Positions 29,239 through 45,300 of a DNA stretch of 64,000 nucleotides are shown here, piece after piece; position 1 is the first letter of the stretch; every line of letters starts with the position of its first letter. Below the pieces are notes generated by a model. It searched no databases, was not told the origin of the DNA, and saw only the letters and a list, made by a program, of their open reading frames with translations. Source of the stretch: Salpingoeca rosetta (taxonomy: Eukaryota; Protista; Choanoflagellata); the NCBI GenBank assembly GCA_033442325.1, contig JAWQFM010000013.1, positions 1,433,035 through 1,497,034 of the forward strand. Direction: 5' to 3'. The position numbers and the translations under genes are program-made.

Positions 29239-31177
29239 CCCGACCAATTGTGAGCTGATGAAACACTCAGTTTCACGTCAGACAAAAGCCTCAGACAACA
29301 AAACAACACATACACATACACATGTATATTGTAATCGCACGTACACATTCACACGCCCACAAAGGGGGAGCAAAACAACACACAGGCAGAAGCACACGCA
29401 GTGCAGTACGAATCACATGTCCTCCCTGCTCTTGCAAACACACACACACGCACGCGCGCGCGCGCGTACCTCGTTGGCGGTCCTGCGGATACGGATGTAC
29501 CCGCTCTCACCCCAGTGTGGGGTCCAGCTGTTACGCACGAGCCAATAGCCCTGGGAGTTGTCGTCACCGTAGCCAACAAGCTGCACGGCGTGGTCAATGT
29601 CCGGGTTGGTCTGGTTGCAGCCATCAAAGATGCCGCTCTCGTAGTTCTTCCACTGTCGCCCAGCAGACACGACAACACCGGCAGCAGCAGCAGCAGCAGC
29701 AGCAGCAACAAGAGGGCAGGACCGATGATAACGGCAGAGGTGAGACGGAGCAGCAAAGAAAATTAGCCAAGTGGCACAAGCCTCCAAAATCTCGCACACG
29801 GGCGACAGTCAGCCAAGGACCTTTCGTCGCACAAAGCGACAGCAAGGATGGACAAGGACAGCCGGTAACGGGCGACAGACAACTACGGCGACTCACGGCA
29901 ACGGCCTCGACGCTGATGGAGATGGGGCCCTTGTTGGCAATGGCGTCCATGAGGGGCTCGTACTGGTTGGAGGGAAGCTTGACGTACCCGGTCACGTTCA
30001 CAACGGACATCTGCGCGGGATGCGTGGAAATAGGTTGAGGACCGGGACAGCGGTGTCAGCGTGCGTGCATGTGGAGGCGAGGGAATTACTTTCAGTGAGT
30101 GTGTATGTGTGTGCGTGTGTGCGTGCACAAGAGCAAACTTGAGCAATGCGCGGCGTGCAAGCAGCAGACAACCACGAGCAAGCAAAAGGAATCAAGCACA
30201 CCTCCACAGCTCTGGCTACTCCCGCTCCCCTGGTCTACACCTCGAGCACACCTTCTCCTTGAAGTGGCACTTGTAGTTGTCGCCGTACCAGGACAGGTAG
30301 GGGTAGGTCCACTCGGTCTGGAGACCGCCGTGCTTGGCCATCTAGTCACGCAACGACAACAAACACACAACATGAGCAGCGGATTACAACTTGCTGCATG
30401 CGTGTTTCTTCTCCCTTGTGTACACACACGCTCACACAAAACCACAACCCTGCGAAAACGGATGCGCACGCGCCCACGTCCACAACATGGAACGCACGTG
30501 CTCGTATGCAATCTCGGCGGTGCCGCCCTGGCAGCCGCCAGTGCCGCCGCACTCCTCGGGGTTGGGCGTGCAGTCGAGGATGTTCTGCACAACCAAGGCA
30601 GCAAAGAAAAAGAATGAGAGTGTGTGTGTGTGAGAGAGAGAGTGTGTGTGTGTGTTTGTGTGTGTGAGAGAGAGTGTGAGTGAGTGAGTGAGTGAGAGAG
30701 TGAGAGAGAGAGTGTGTGTGTGTGTGCGACGTTGTTTGTGACAACAAGGTGCTGCTTTGTTTTGTGCAAGCACTTGAACGCGCACAACCGTGCATGACAT
30801 CATCACACGGTGGTGCGAAAAGCTATGCAGTGGAGAATGTGGCACCACCCATCAATGCGTGTTACCACTACGCAGTCAACACGGCTCACCTGCTCGGACA
30901 GAACCTCGAGGGTACCGGTCTGGACGGCGACGTGGCTCTCGAGCGTCTCCGCGGAACCAAACGACCTGCACAGTCACCGCACACACACACACACACATGT
31001 TGATGCGGACAGGGACCAAGTCGCGTGAGCAGATTGTGCGTGTGTGTTTGGGGGGGGGGCTAATTGAGCAGCGCCAAGATGTCAGGACCCACTGAAAACC
31101 AGAAGCAACGCACAAGGGATGCATGCATGCATGCATGCATACAGCAGCAGCAGCAGCAGCATCACCACCACCACAAG

Positions 31178-31228
<51 letters not shown>

Positions 31229-31454
31229 GTGCGCACCAGCAGGAGCCGCACTGGCCCTGGTCCTTGACGGCGGTGACGACGTGCTTGGTGCGCCAGTCGA
31301 CAGAGTCGGGGAGGCCGTTCACATCAACGTTGGCCTGCAGTACAGAAAGACGGAGCGGGAAAGAAAGGGGGGGGGGAACAAGAAAGTGTCGGTTTGCGGA
31401 TGAGCATGCGTACGTAGAAATACGGGTACACCCAACTGACGACAGCAGGCTCGC

Positions 31455-31513
<59 letters not shown>

Positions 31514-32388
31514 TGAAGCCAGGGGGAGTAGGGCGGTGCAGGCTGTAGCCGATGCCCTTGTCATAGCCGAGGAGACGCTTGAACTGCAGGAGGCACAAGC
31601 AAGCAAGGGAGCAAACAAGTGAGCAAGCAAATACAAAAGCAAACGAGTGGGCAGGGAAAGCCAGCCAGCATGCATGAGCGACTGGTTCTGCATTCACACA
31701 CACACACACACACATAGTGTTGTTGTCTCGTATCACGTCACATCATGCCACAACAGACGGAGCGCGCTACATCATACGGAGACGTCAATGTCATGTTGTG
31801 TCACACCTCGCCATCGGTCCAGTCGGACATGTGGTTGATGCCCTGCTTCCAGGTCTTGGTGGGGTCGCTGTTGTGGGCCTTGACAGATGCAAGGGTCTGC
31901 GCAGACAGGCGGTCAGCAGCCACTTGCACGTGAGAACCGCAGTTAAGCCGTGTACAAGGGAAGGGGGCTGGCAGCACTGAGCGCGCAGGTCAAGCAAGGC
32001 ACAGCGCAGATTTCAAAAAACGTACGCGCTCAAACACTTGACGGCGGAAGTCATGCTCCTCAGAAGAGAGGTAGCGCTTGCCGTACTCGGCCTTGAAGTG
32101 CTGTGAACCAAAGCCACACAACAAGCAACCAAGTCGTCCAGTGAGTCAGGAGGTGGTGGTCGCTGTTTGTTGACATTTCGCCACCTTCCTGTTTGCCCTA
32201 GGGTGTTTGCACTAAGCCAAAGCCTGATTGAAACACACACTGCAACACCCACTTTGCAACACGCATTGCTGCACAGGGCACACACGGACCTCAAAGGAGT
32301 AGCCATCGAGCTGGTGCCAGAGGGTCTTGGCAGAGACAGTGGTGGCCACAAGGGCGACCAGAGCCGCAACAACGACAACAGCACGCAT
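28660..32388 (-). CDS. Papain-family (C1A) cathepsin L-like cysteine protease with I29 propeptide
   Basis: About 12 exons. Signal peptide; propeptide [18 protein letters not shown]; [66 protein letters not shown]; stop at 28660. Confidence 0.95.
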
Positions 32389-32663
32389 CGTGTGGCGTAA
32401 GTTTGTCTTTCTCTCTTCCTCCAAATCAGATGTAAAATGAGGGTGAAGCAACAAATGGCCCATCCCTTACAATGAGAGGAAAATCCCATTTGGACAGCCT
32501 TCGACAAATGAGCACTTCTCTCCAATTTCGCGTTGGCCCTCTCGCACTGCAAGCAGACACGTGAGCCAAGGGAACAAGCATCTCCCACGTTGTCTGCCAG
32601 CGAAAGCACACAGACCAACCCCCCCCCCCAACACTCCCAACACACACACACATCATCGCCGCC

Positions 32664-32882
32664 ATGTCGATGACAGTGCTGTACGAGTCTGCGGTGGGCT
32701 TTGCCCTCTTCGACGTCGTGGAGACCGAGGAGATTGGCATCAGCCTCCCCTCCGTCCAGGTGTGGTGAATGAGAGCTTGTATCTGTGTATGTGTGTGTTT
32801 GACGTGTACGTGTGTGCGTGGTTGTGATTGTGCGTGGTTGTGATTATGTGTGGTTGTAATTGTGTGTGATTGTCGTGAATGG

Positions 32883-32913
<31 letters not shown>

Positions 32914-34347
32914 ATTGTCGCTCCTCGTGCTCTTGTCGTTCCTCTTGTCGTTCCTCGTCATCTTGTGGAGGGTGCGTGCTGTTTTGTGGATTCGTCATGT
33001 TCATTTGCTGCTGTGCCCCCTTCGCCTTCGTATTGCTCATCGTGCGACACTTGCCTACGGCGACACTTTTTCAGGATGCCGTCAACGACCTCTCCAAGTT
33101 TGGCAAAGTCGTCAAGTTCAAGGCCATCCAGCCATTCCGATCAGCACAGGTGCGCGCGCGCGTGTGTGTGCTTGAGCTGTTGTGTGTGCGTGTGCGTGCG
33201 TAGTGTGCTTGATCTGGTGTGCTTGTGTCGTTGGAGATGGAGGCAGAGCCAGCAGGATCACTTTCAGTGTTTGGAAACACTCGCACCAACGCACAAACCG
33301 CCCCACACCACCTCCATCACCAGCGACAACGCCAATCACGACAAACTCACCTTTGCCCATCACATGACGACCTCCGGGTCGGCTTTCTTTTGTTGTTCAC
33401 TGGCACGTGTTCTGGTGGCCAACAGGAAGCGTTGGAGAGCATCAACGCCGTGAGTGAGGGTGAAGTCCCCGACCTTCTGCAGGACTTCCTCGAGACCAAC
33501 GTCCTGCAAGCCCAGTCCAAGAAGAAGTCGAAGATGGTCCTCGGTGTTGCCGACTCAAAGTGCGTGTGTCTGCGTGTGTTCCGTGTCATGTGATTGATGC
33601 GTTTGATGGTCCACACCTCCTCGCTGATGACAGTAGTATGCGCGCGTCTTTTTGTGTGTGCACTTCTGCCGGCTCACATTGCTGTCATCGTCGTCATCAT
33701 TGCCACCACCCTGCTCACGTTCTGCGCACCACGCACTTCCTCACTCGCCCCACCCGCGGTTTGCTCATGCATCCCCCATCTTCGTCACATCAACAACAAC
33801 GATACAGGCTTGGCCAATCGATTGCACAGGCTGTCGGCTGCAAATGCGACCACACTGGCGTCGTGCCCGAGCTTCTCCGTGGCATCCGCCTCCACTTCAC
33901 CAAGCTGTACCCCAAGCTCTCCGAAGTTGGCCTGGACAAGGCCCAGCTTGGTCTCGGTCACAGCTACTCCCGTGCCAAGGTGCGGCTCCTTTGGCGCAGC
34001 AATCCACACACACGCCCACGCACGCACGGAATACCGTGGCTTTGTTGTGTTTTGCACGATAATCATCTCACCCCAGCTGTGCTTCCTTGGCCGTTGTTGT
34101 TGGGGCTGCAGGTGAAATTCAACGTGCACCGCGTGGACAACATGATCATCCAGGCCATTGCCCTCCTGGATCAGCTTGACAAGGACATCAACACATTCGG
34201 CATGCGCGTTCGGTGAGTCACGCACACGAACCTACACGCGAGATGCGACATTTCACGCGTTGCATTTTTGTCTCGGACTGCACACCTGCTCCGACACATC
34301 CTCCTTTACACCCATTTTCGCTCACGCACATTTCCATTGTCATGGCG

Positions 34348-34384
<37 letters not shown>

Positions 34385-35699
34385 ACCCAGCGAGTGGTAC
34401 GGCTACCACTTTCCGGAGCTGTCCAAGATTGTGACGGAGAACATCATTGTTGCGCGCCTTGCCAAGATGATTGGTCGCCGCTCCTCCCTCACAGAGGACA
34501 GCCTGGAGAAGATTGAGGAGATCACCATGGACTCGGCAAAGGCCGAGCAGATTATGGCTGCGGCCAAGTCGTCCATGGGTACGTCTTCGCCGATTGCTCG
34601 CTGCACTTCTCTCCTTGTTTGCTTCATCATCGCCTTGTGCTTACCATCCATCTTCAACACACATGGACACGCATCATGCCGCACACACACACACTCACAC
34701 ACACGCACTCACACTCACACTCACACTCGCACACATACACACACACACCTGTCTGTGGACTTGCAGGTATGGAGATTTCCGACATTGATCTTGAGCACGT
34801 GGAGTCGTTTGCAAATCGAGTCATCTCCCTCGCCGAGTACCGCGCCAGCCTGCAGGAGTACCTCCGCTCAAAGATGGCCTCCTGTGCTCCAAACCTTGCA
34901 AACCTCATTGGCGAACAGGTGCGCATCCTCCGCACAGAGGAAGTTGTGTGTGTGTGTTGTGCGCTCATGTTGTTTGTCTGTAGTGTGCCCATCTTGGTTT
35001 GTGTGTGTGTGTGTTGTGCGCTCATGTTGTTTGTGTGTGTGCACTCTTTTCGAACGCTCGTTTCAGCAAACTCACTGACACGAACCCCCCCCCCCCAACA
35101 CATTCACACACATTCTTTTGAAACGCGTACTCGTGTCCTCTCGTCGTTTGTGGTCTCAGGTTGGCGCTCGCCTCATCTCCCACGCGGGCTCCCTGACCAA
35201 CCTTGCTAAGTACCCGGCCTCCACCGTCCAGATTCTTGGCGCCGAGAAGGCTCTCTTCAGGTGCGAGCACAATCCCGGACACGCGCCCCGTCGTGTTGTG
35301 CATACATTTACATGTACACGTGAAGCAGTGTGTCGGCAGATGTGTGGTGTGCTGTGCGAGTTTGCCCACACGCTTCACTGTATCTGTTGGTACTGCTTGA
35401 ATGACGCCATCCCCTTCTCGTTCCCTCATAATTGTCGGGGGGGGGTTTTTTTTTTTGGTGCACACAGGGCCCTCAAGACCAAGGGCAACACTCCCAAGTA
35501 CGGCTTCCTCTACAACTCTTCCTTCATCTCCCGCGCTGGCGCCAAGAACAAGGGCCGCATCTCCAGGTAACACAAACTCATTTGACGAATGACGCTCCGT
35601 TGGCTCTGTTTTGACGTCATTTCGCCTCAGCCGCGTGCATGAGTTGCCGTGACGGGCAATGTGTACACCTGCGGCTGACGTTTCATCTTTGTGTTGTGC

Positions 35700-35734
<35 letters not shown>

Positions 35735-36555
35735 TTTTCAGGTATCTGGCGAACAAGTGCTCGATTGCGGCGCGAATTGACTGCTTCTCGGACACGATGA
35801 CGGGCAAGTTTGGCGATGAGATGCGCTCGCAGGTGGAGGAGCGCCTCCAGTTTTACGAGTCTGGCGACCCCCCGCGCAAGAACATCGACGTCATGCACAA
35901 GGTGCCCATCCCATGTGTGTGTGTGTGTATATGTGTGTGTGTATGTGGCTCTGTGTGGCTCTGTGTGGCTGTTTTCAGCTTTGTCATGCTGTCCGTATGT
36001 TGCTTACTTCTCTTCGCTGTGCATCTCACGGTTCATACGTGCCCATGTACTGTTTCGTGTGCTCTTGATCTAGGTGATGGAGACACTGCAAGGGGAGGAG
36101 AGCGCTGCTGAGGAGGAGCCCAAGGATATGGATGTCGATGCCAAGGTACATGCTTTTTTCCCCTTGTAACAACACAGATCGCGCATACTTTCAGTGACAC
36201 GCGTGTACATGGACACAACCTTTCCCCTCTCACACACTCACACACTCACACACGCGCGCGCGGGCGCGCGGGGGGGGGGGATGCCTTTCATCTTAATTCC
36301 ATTGTTTGTCGCTCACGGCACGTGCGCTGCGCCTGCTTTGCGCTTTAGACGCCGGAGAAGAAGAAGAAGGAGAAGAAGAAGAAGGCCAAGCGTACCGCTG
36401 CTGAGGCTGACGCAGACGAGGAGGAGGAGACTGTGGCGAAGACACCAAAGTCAGACAAGAAGAAGAAGAAGAAGAAGTCCAAGGACAAGGACGCCGAGAC
36501 GCCAAAGTCTGCAAAGAAGGACAAGAAGAAGAAGAAGCGAAAGAGCGAGGCCTAA
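32664..36555 (+). CDS. NOP56: Nucleolar protein 56 (box C/D snoRNP core)
   Basis: Multi-exon. [131 protein letters not shown]; lysine-rich tail. Confidence 0.97.
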
Positions 36556-37566
36556 TAACCGTTTTCCGTTGTTTGTTGCCTTGGTTTGTTGCCTGTGTTT
36601 GGGATCTGTCCCCCTCTGCTTCGTGTCCCTGTGCTGTGCTGTGTGTGTGTGTGTGTGTGTGTGTTCCTGTGTGGGCTTGATGCGGGTGGACTGTAATCGA
36701 TGATTTGCCTGCATGTGTGTGTTTGTGTTGTGTGGTTTTTGTGTGAGCAGCACAGTTGCTGGGACAGAAGTGTGCTTGCATCACATGCGGTTGTGTGCTT
36801 CAGCTGGTTCCTTCTTTCCTTTGTCGTTTCATACACAGTGTGCCCTCTTGACCATTGATGAGCGAGGGGGGTGGAGATATGAGAGGCAGCAGGAACAACG
36901 CGTGGGCGTGCACGTGTGATGAACGAACGGAACATGGGACAAGTTGTGGCAACAGAGCGCACGAACAACAGACAGCGGATGCTGTCGTTTGCGTTCTGCA
37001 TTTGCTGAGTCAGCACAAATCGTCTTGCGCAATTCTGTGAACGAAAAAAACGCAAGCAGCAATCGACAACAACAGCAGTGCACACACTTCGCTGACACAC
37101 AACGGCTAACCAGCAGCCAGCCTGTGCTCTTGTGTGCACTTCTTCCTTCATCTCTTCTTGCTTGCTTGCTTTGCTTCGCTTCGCTCCCTTGCTGACGTGC
37201 GTGCGTGTTCTCTGCCGCCAACCACAAGAGGTAACAGACCACCACATGTTCCACCACCAAGCAAGGTGCTTGGTGCTTGCATACCATGTTGTTGTTTTTT
37301 GAGCTGATCGTTGTCGTCCAACTGGCCGGCTTGTGCGTGAGCTTCATGCGCAAGCAGGCTGTCAAGCAAGCAAGCAAGTCATCATATTCGTGAGGCTGCT
37401 CTTGTTGTCTTTCTTTGCTTTGCAGACACCCACTTACCGCCGTATTTGTGCTTTGCTCCCTTGCTTGCGTGTGAACTCCTTCCTCAAACGGCACTGCTTC
37501 GCTCGTCGTCGTTCACTACCCTCCCATTCCAGCCAGATCCCACTCCTCCCAACGCCAACAACAACG

Positions 37567-39017
<1,451 letters not shown>

Positions 39018-39701
39018 ACGTGGAACTGCCCCTCGCCTCCCTCTCTCTCCCTCTCTGTCTCTGCTTTCAAAGCGTGCCTGCTTGCGCTTGCGTGCCTGCT
39101 TCCGGCAGCCTTCTCTAAGAGTGTGCGCACATGCACACGCACCTTCGCTTTCTCTCTTTGGGATTTCAGCCACGTGCGCATCCGGGTGTCTGCGTATCTG
39201 TGTATCTGTGTATCCGTGTGCGTATGTGTTTTGTTGCACTTGTAGTGATGCTGCTTACTGCATGCATGTCCTCAAACGCAGTAAAACCACTGTTTGCAAC
39301 CCCCCTCCCCCCATCGTCGCCACCGCGCTCTCATGTTGTCAGCGGTTTTATGGTGCAACATGCACGCACGCAAGCAATGCACGCTGCTTGCAAGGTGCAT
39401 CGAGACACCGCGATGTGCCACAACCAAACAACCAGAGAAGAAAAAGGAAAGCAGATAAGTTATGTCATCACGTGTCACGTGAGCATAGGTTAAAATCTCG
39501 CACATCAACAATACACACACATACAGCAAATAGCGCGCGGCACAGGTGAAATCTAACAGCATGCGAAGGGAAGCTCTTCTGATCGAACACACACACACAC
39601 ACATCCATACAACATCAGCGCATCAAAACACATCTTCTGTCTGGTCAAACAATACAATACAGCAAGTTCTCAAAGTCAGGCGCAAGGCACATGTGAATTG
39701 C

Positions 39702-42273
39702 TCAGTTCTCCGAGGCCTGGCTGTCGTCGTGATCAGTCGTCAGCAGCGACTGCGACGAATCAGCCTGGAGCACACACGCAAACACACACGCACACACACA
39801 CACAGAGGCATATGAATAACAACATCACATTCATCAGCCAATCTAGCAATTACACAAGGGCACATGCACACACACACACACACATACAAACAAACATCCA
39901 AACACACACATGCAACACACATTCATCAACATTCATACATACACAAACATCCAAACACACACACACACACAAAATCAAAAGCCACGCTCACAACACACCT
40001 TCCGACGATGTGCACTGGTGCCTGAGGTGGTGCGGTGCTTGGTCCGATCGTGATGATGTCCACGACGGTGGACGTGACCAGATGATGAGCGAGCATACCC
40101 AGCGTGGTTCATGGCATCACCGTCATCGACGTAATCGTCGTCGTCGTATTCGCCGTCGTCGTCATCGTCATCCTCGACATCATCGTCGTCGTCAGCACGG
40201 CGATGGTAGTCAGCGAGCTCGTACAGCGACGTTGGTGATCCCTGCACACCGCTGCCAGGGCCACCACGCATTTGACCCGTGGCTCCCCGTCGGTCGTCAA
40301 CGTGGTCCGGTGTGCCATGCAACATCGACGATGGCGGTGGCGGCAGCGCAGCAAGGTCGGCTGCAATCTCCAGATCACGATCGTAGGCAAGCGTGGCTTC
40401 AACAGCAGACCCACGCGTGCCCATGCGATTCAGCCCCTGTCGGAGGTACTCCTGCACCTCATCCTGCCCGCCTTCGTGCTGCGTGTGCCGAGCGCGGCTG
40501 CGGTGGCTGCGGTGGCTGCGGTGGGATGAGGCAACACTCTGCGCATCACCACCCCCGCTCCGTTGGCCAGAGGACGCCCCACCACTGCCGCTGCTGGCCT
40601 TCACGCGCCCTTCAAACCGCCGGCGCCGGCTGCTCCGCGCCACATCCGAGTCAGACGAGTTGCCGTCGCTGCCATCGTCATTGCTACTGCTGCTGTTACT
40701 GCTGCTACTGCTTGTGCTGTTGCGACGTGAGCGCACATGCTGGTCCGCGGCGCCATGCCCATCATTGTCGCCGTTGTCGGGGTGGCGGTGGCGACGACGC
40801 TGCGGCACGTTCGCACTTGTCACGGCGTGGGGTGTGCGCATGGGAGTGCGGCCCTTCGGCGTGGCGTAGCTCTGGATGGAATCCCGGTGCACGTGGTGCA
40901 ACCGCTCTCTGTTCAGCTCAAGCAGCCCGCGCGAGCTGCGGTTATCGTCCGTGTCCGTGGCCCGGGTTGGATCGACCGACTGGCGAAGCCGTGGCACTTC
41001 GTCCTGCCACGCAGAGTCTGGGCGGTCAGAGACTCGCGACACGCGGTGAGATGACGGCGGACGCTGGGACGGTGGGGGCGGCAGATGCACGGATGGGTGC
41101 CCGTGGTATGCTGGTGAGCGCGAGCGTGCACGGGACCGCGAGCGCGAACGCTGGCGCATGCGAACATGTTCGTTCTCATCAGCACCGTCGGCGCCATCAA
41201 CATCATCCAGCAAGGTTTGAACGTTCACCGCCGTTTGCGATGTCGGCGTGCGCACGCGCGATGGGGAGCGGCGTACCCCGCTGAACGGCCGTGCAGAGTG
41301 CGCTGGGCTCGGTGGCGGGCGGCTGTGCGGCGTCACGTCCCGTGTGGGCACTGCGCTGGCCACACGCGTGCCCTGGCGCTGCGACGCTCCGCTGCGAACT
41401 GACACGTGGTCATCAGTCTCCCGGCGAATGTTGGAGCTAGAGCGCACGCGGCCAGAGCCGGTGCCCTGGTCGGGAAACGCCTCCACAATCTCCCGGCGGC
41501 GGCGGCGTGGCGTGCGCGTGGGCGTCGTGTTCGCCGTGGCACCATGCGCTGCTGCTTCTGCTGCTGACATTGTCGTCGGCTCGTGGGTGCTGACGGCGCG
41601 GCTTGCTGTCGCTGCTGTTGGTGCCCGGCTTCGGCTTCGGCTTCGGCTTCGACTCCGGCTCGCATGACGGCTGCGGCTGGCTTGGCGGCTCAGCCTGCTT
41701 CGCGGGCGGTGGCCGTGATGGTGGTGGTGGTGGTGGTGGTGATAGTGGTCAGCGGCAGAATCTGGATGCAGGCGGTCCGTCATGTCCACGACCTGGTCGC
41801 CCTCAGGCAGCGGCTGCGCTGCAAACTCCTCGTCCGCACGATGCGCATCGACAATGGTGGGTGGCCCAGCGACCACGGCATACTCGTTCTCCTCCACCTC
41901 AGCACTGCCAGCGACGCTGCCGTGTGTGGACGCCATGTGGCGACTGGCGACGGAGCGTGGTGAAGGCTGGTGCGAGCGCGGTTGCAGCGGGCTGTGCTGT
42001 GGTGCCTGCTGGTCAGCAGGATTGCTGGGCGGATACATTGCCACGGGCTGTTGCGTTGTCACTGGTGGGTGCGCAAGGTGTGATTGTGGCGACGTTAAGT
42101 TTGAGGCGCCATGCCCGTGCTGCGGTGCCGGGGGATACATGCCCGTTGGTGCAAATGCACCGGCATTGTACTGCTGGTGCTGGTGTTGGTGCTGTGGTTG
42201 TGGAGCTGTTTGGTAATATTGCTGCGGCTGCTGTTGCTGTTGCTGATAGTGTTGCTGGTGTTGCTGCGGGTAG

Positions 42274-42317
<44 letters not shown>

Positions 42318-45300
42318 AGGGGCCGCAAATGCATGAGGTGGATGGTATGGCTGAGGTACAGCAATGTGACTGGGAGCATGACTGGGGGCATGGCTAGGGG
42401 CATGGCTAGGGGCATGGCTGTGAGCGTGGCTGGGGGCGTGGCTGTGAGCATGGCTGCGAGTGGACATGGGCGTCGTCGCTCCACCGCCGCGGCCCTGCGA
42501 AGGCATTGGACTCACGCCAGTGTCCCGGACACTTCGGGTGTGAGAGACATTGCCCCGTGCATCTTCACCGAGGGGATCACCCTCAACCGCCCCCGTCTGC
42601 AGGTCTTTGTCGTCAATCAGAAGCATCTGCTTGCTTGGTGTGGCGTGCGATGTGTGCTGATCGTGCTGGTGCGACGCACTTGGTCGGCGAGAGGTGGCAG
42701 CAGCCTCGCTCTCACCATGGCCATCCTTGTCACCGTCGCCATTGTGTGTGCTGGCGTTTGCATCGCTCTTGTTGTTGTCGCCTGCATCAGCAACGCTGCC
42801 ACCTTCGCCGTGCACGTCCACCATCTTGGCGTCCTCAGGATCAAACTTCTCACACGAGAACGAGGCATGCGAGAAGTCAAACCCACACAGACAGCGGTGG
42901 TGGCACTTGCACGTCGGGTGCTCGCACTTGCACTTGTGCCTACATCTGCAGTTGTGGTGCATCTTCCTGTGCATCTTCTTCTTCTTCTTCTTCTTCCTCT
43001 TCTCCTTCGCCTCAGCTTCGGCCTTGGCCTTGGCCTCTGCCTCCTCATCCGTTGTTGGTTCACCATCGTCAGAGGCCGTGCGAAGGCGGAGCGTCACGCC
43101 GTGACCGTTGCTCAAGTACACACGCTGCCGCTTGCGTCGTCGCTTCTCCTCGGCAAGCTTTGCCTCTTCCTCCTCCTTCTGCTTGCGCCTCTGAGCAGCA
43201 AGCCATGCTGCATACTTGAGACGCTTGCAGCGCCAGCAGCGGTTGCGGTCACGCAACGTCTCCGCAAGCAGCATGCGGAAGCCACCATTCAACAGGAACC
43301 CACCCCGCGCACTGCTCTCAGACTCCTCAGAATCATCACTGTCATCACTGTCATCACTGTCGCTGCTGCTGCTCTCACTGCCGCTTGACGAAGAAGACGA
43401 GGAGGAAGACGACTCATCGTCATCGTCCTCCTCATGGCAGTCACACATGCAGCAGTGCTCAGTGTCGCTGCTATCCCCGCTGGAAGTGCTGCCAGAGGAG
43501 CCCGTGGAGCTGCTGTTGGCGCTCTCCGAATCACCATCGTCACCATCCGAGCGAAGTTCAGGAAAGTACAGCTTGAGAATGTCGTACAGCGTGGCGGGGC
43601 GCGCCTTGTCTGCGGCCTTGCGCTTCTGACGACGACGACGACGGCGGCGGCGGCGGCGCTTTTCCTTCGCACGCTCCTCTGCTGCAGCCGCCTCGCGTTC
43701 TTGCTGCTCTTTCTCCAGCGCGCGACGGTACGAGTCAAGCAGGTGGTGGATGCGTGACGCAAGATAGTCCTCAGCCTCGCGGTCTAGCGTGATCTGCGGT
43801 GGAAAGCGCCCGTCAAACTCAACGATGTCGCGCAGAGGAGTTTTTCGCCCAACAAACGGACAGCCGTCACCCGGTTTGCCGTCATCATCCGAGCCATCAC
43901 CGTCGCCCTTGTCGTCTGTGGGCAAGGATTCCAGCACCCACTTCTTGTCGCCAATCTTCACCGTGAACAGCTCGGTGCCCTTCTGCACAGCCCGCGCTTC
44001 TTCCTCGCTGTCCTTCTTCTTGCTCTTCTTGGACTTCTTCTTGCTCTTCTTGGACTTCTTCTTGCCTCTTTTCTTCTTCTTGTCTCCCTCGTCGTTGTCA
44101 TCGTCGTCATTGTTGTTGCTGTTCATGATGAGACGAAAAGCCATCTTGCCTCCACGAGCAGGTCCCAGCTTCACCAGCCGCAGCTTCCCGCGGTCATCAG
44201 CCGTCTGCGAGGGTGTGTACACGTACAGCGCTGGCGTGAGCTTCTCCTCGTCCAGCAGCACAACGGCCTGCTGTTTCTTCACGGGCGACTCAAAGATCTC
44301 CACATCTGCAAGTGGCGGCACGTAGTCGTCCTCGCTCACAAAGATGAGCTCGCGCGCTGATCCTGGTGGCAGCGGCTTGCCGTCTTCACCGGGCATGGGC
44401 ATGGCAAACACCCGCCCCGGCGAGAAGCCAAGAAACCCCGCAGCATCGTCATCCCCATCGCCGCCTTGCTTCTTCTTGTCGCTCTTCTCATCATCCTTGT
44501 CCTTGTGCTTCTTGCTCTTCTTCTTGGGCTTCTTGCCCTTCTTCTTCTTCTTCTTATCATCCTCACCATCCACGACATCACAGATATTGCCGTTCTCGCC
44601 ACAGATCATCTGAAACACCAGCCCATTCCGCAGTCTGCGTCGTTCCTCTTCTTCCTTCTTCTTCTGCTCGGCAGCCACGTGCTTTTTCGCCTTGCGCTCC
44701 TTCTCACGTCGCTTCTTCTCACGCTCCATGTGCAGCTGAAACAGCTCTTCAAACGTGCGGGGCTCCTTCTCCTTTCCCTTCTTCTTCTTCTTCTTCGCCT
44801 TTTCCTTCTCCTCCTTGTCCTTCTTCAGCGGCACAATGCGGATGTGCCCATCAGAGTCAATCTTCACTGTCACTTCATCTCCGCCGTCATCGTCATCGGC
44901 ATCGCTGTCTGAATCGCTACTGCTACTGCTGCTGTCGTCACTGTCATCGCCACCTTGGTGTCCGCACAAGACCATTAGCTGTTCTTCGAGCGTGAGTGGC
45001 TTGTCCTTGTCTCCATGCTTGGATGCGTTCTTGGCCTTCTTGTCCTTCTTCTTCTTCTTCTTTTTCTTTTTCTTCTTCTTGTCCTCCTTGGCATCCGCGC
45101 GTGACTCGTCCACAATCTTGTATTCGTGTCCGTCGATGATGATGGAGGCGTTCCACTTGTCCGCGTCGTCATCCTCCTCCTCATCGTCATCCTTGTGCTT
45201 GTCCTTCTTCTTCTTCTTCTTCTTCTTCTTCGCCTTCTCTTTCTTCTTCTTCTCCCTCTCCGTCTTCTTCTTTTCCTCTTTTGCTGCCTTGAGCAAGTCT

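Noticed and set aside
39698-43629. Long plus-strand ORFs (528 aa, 425 aa and others)
   Set aside because: Antisense shadows of the GC-rich gene E exon.
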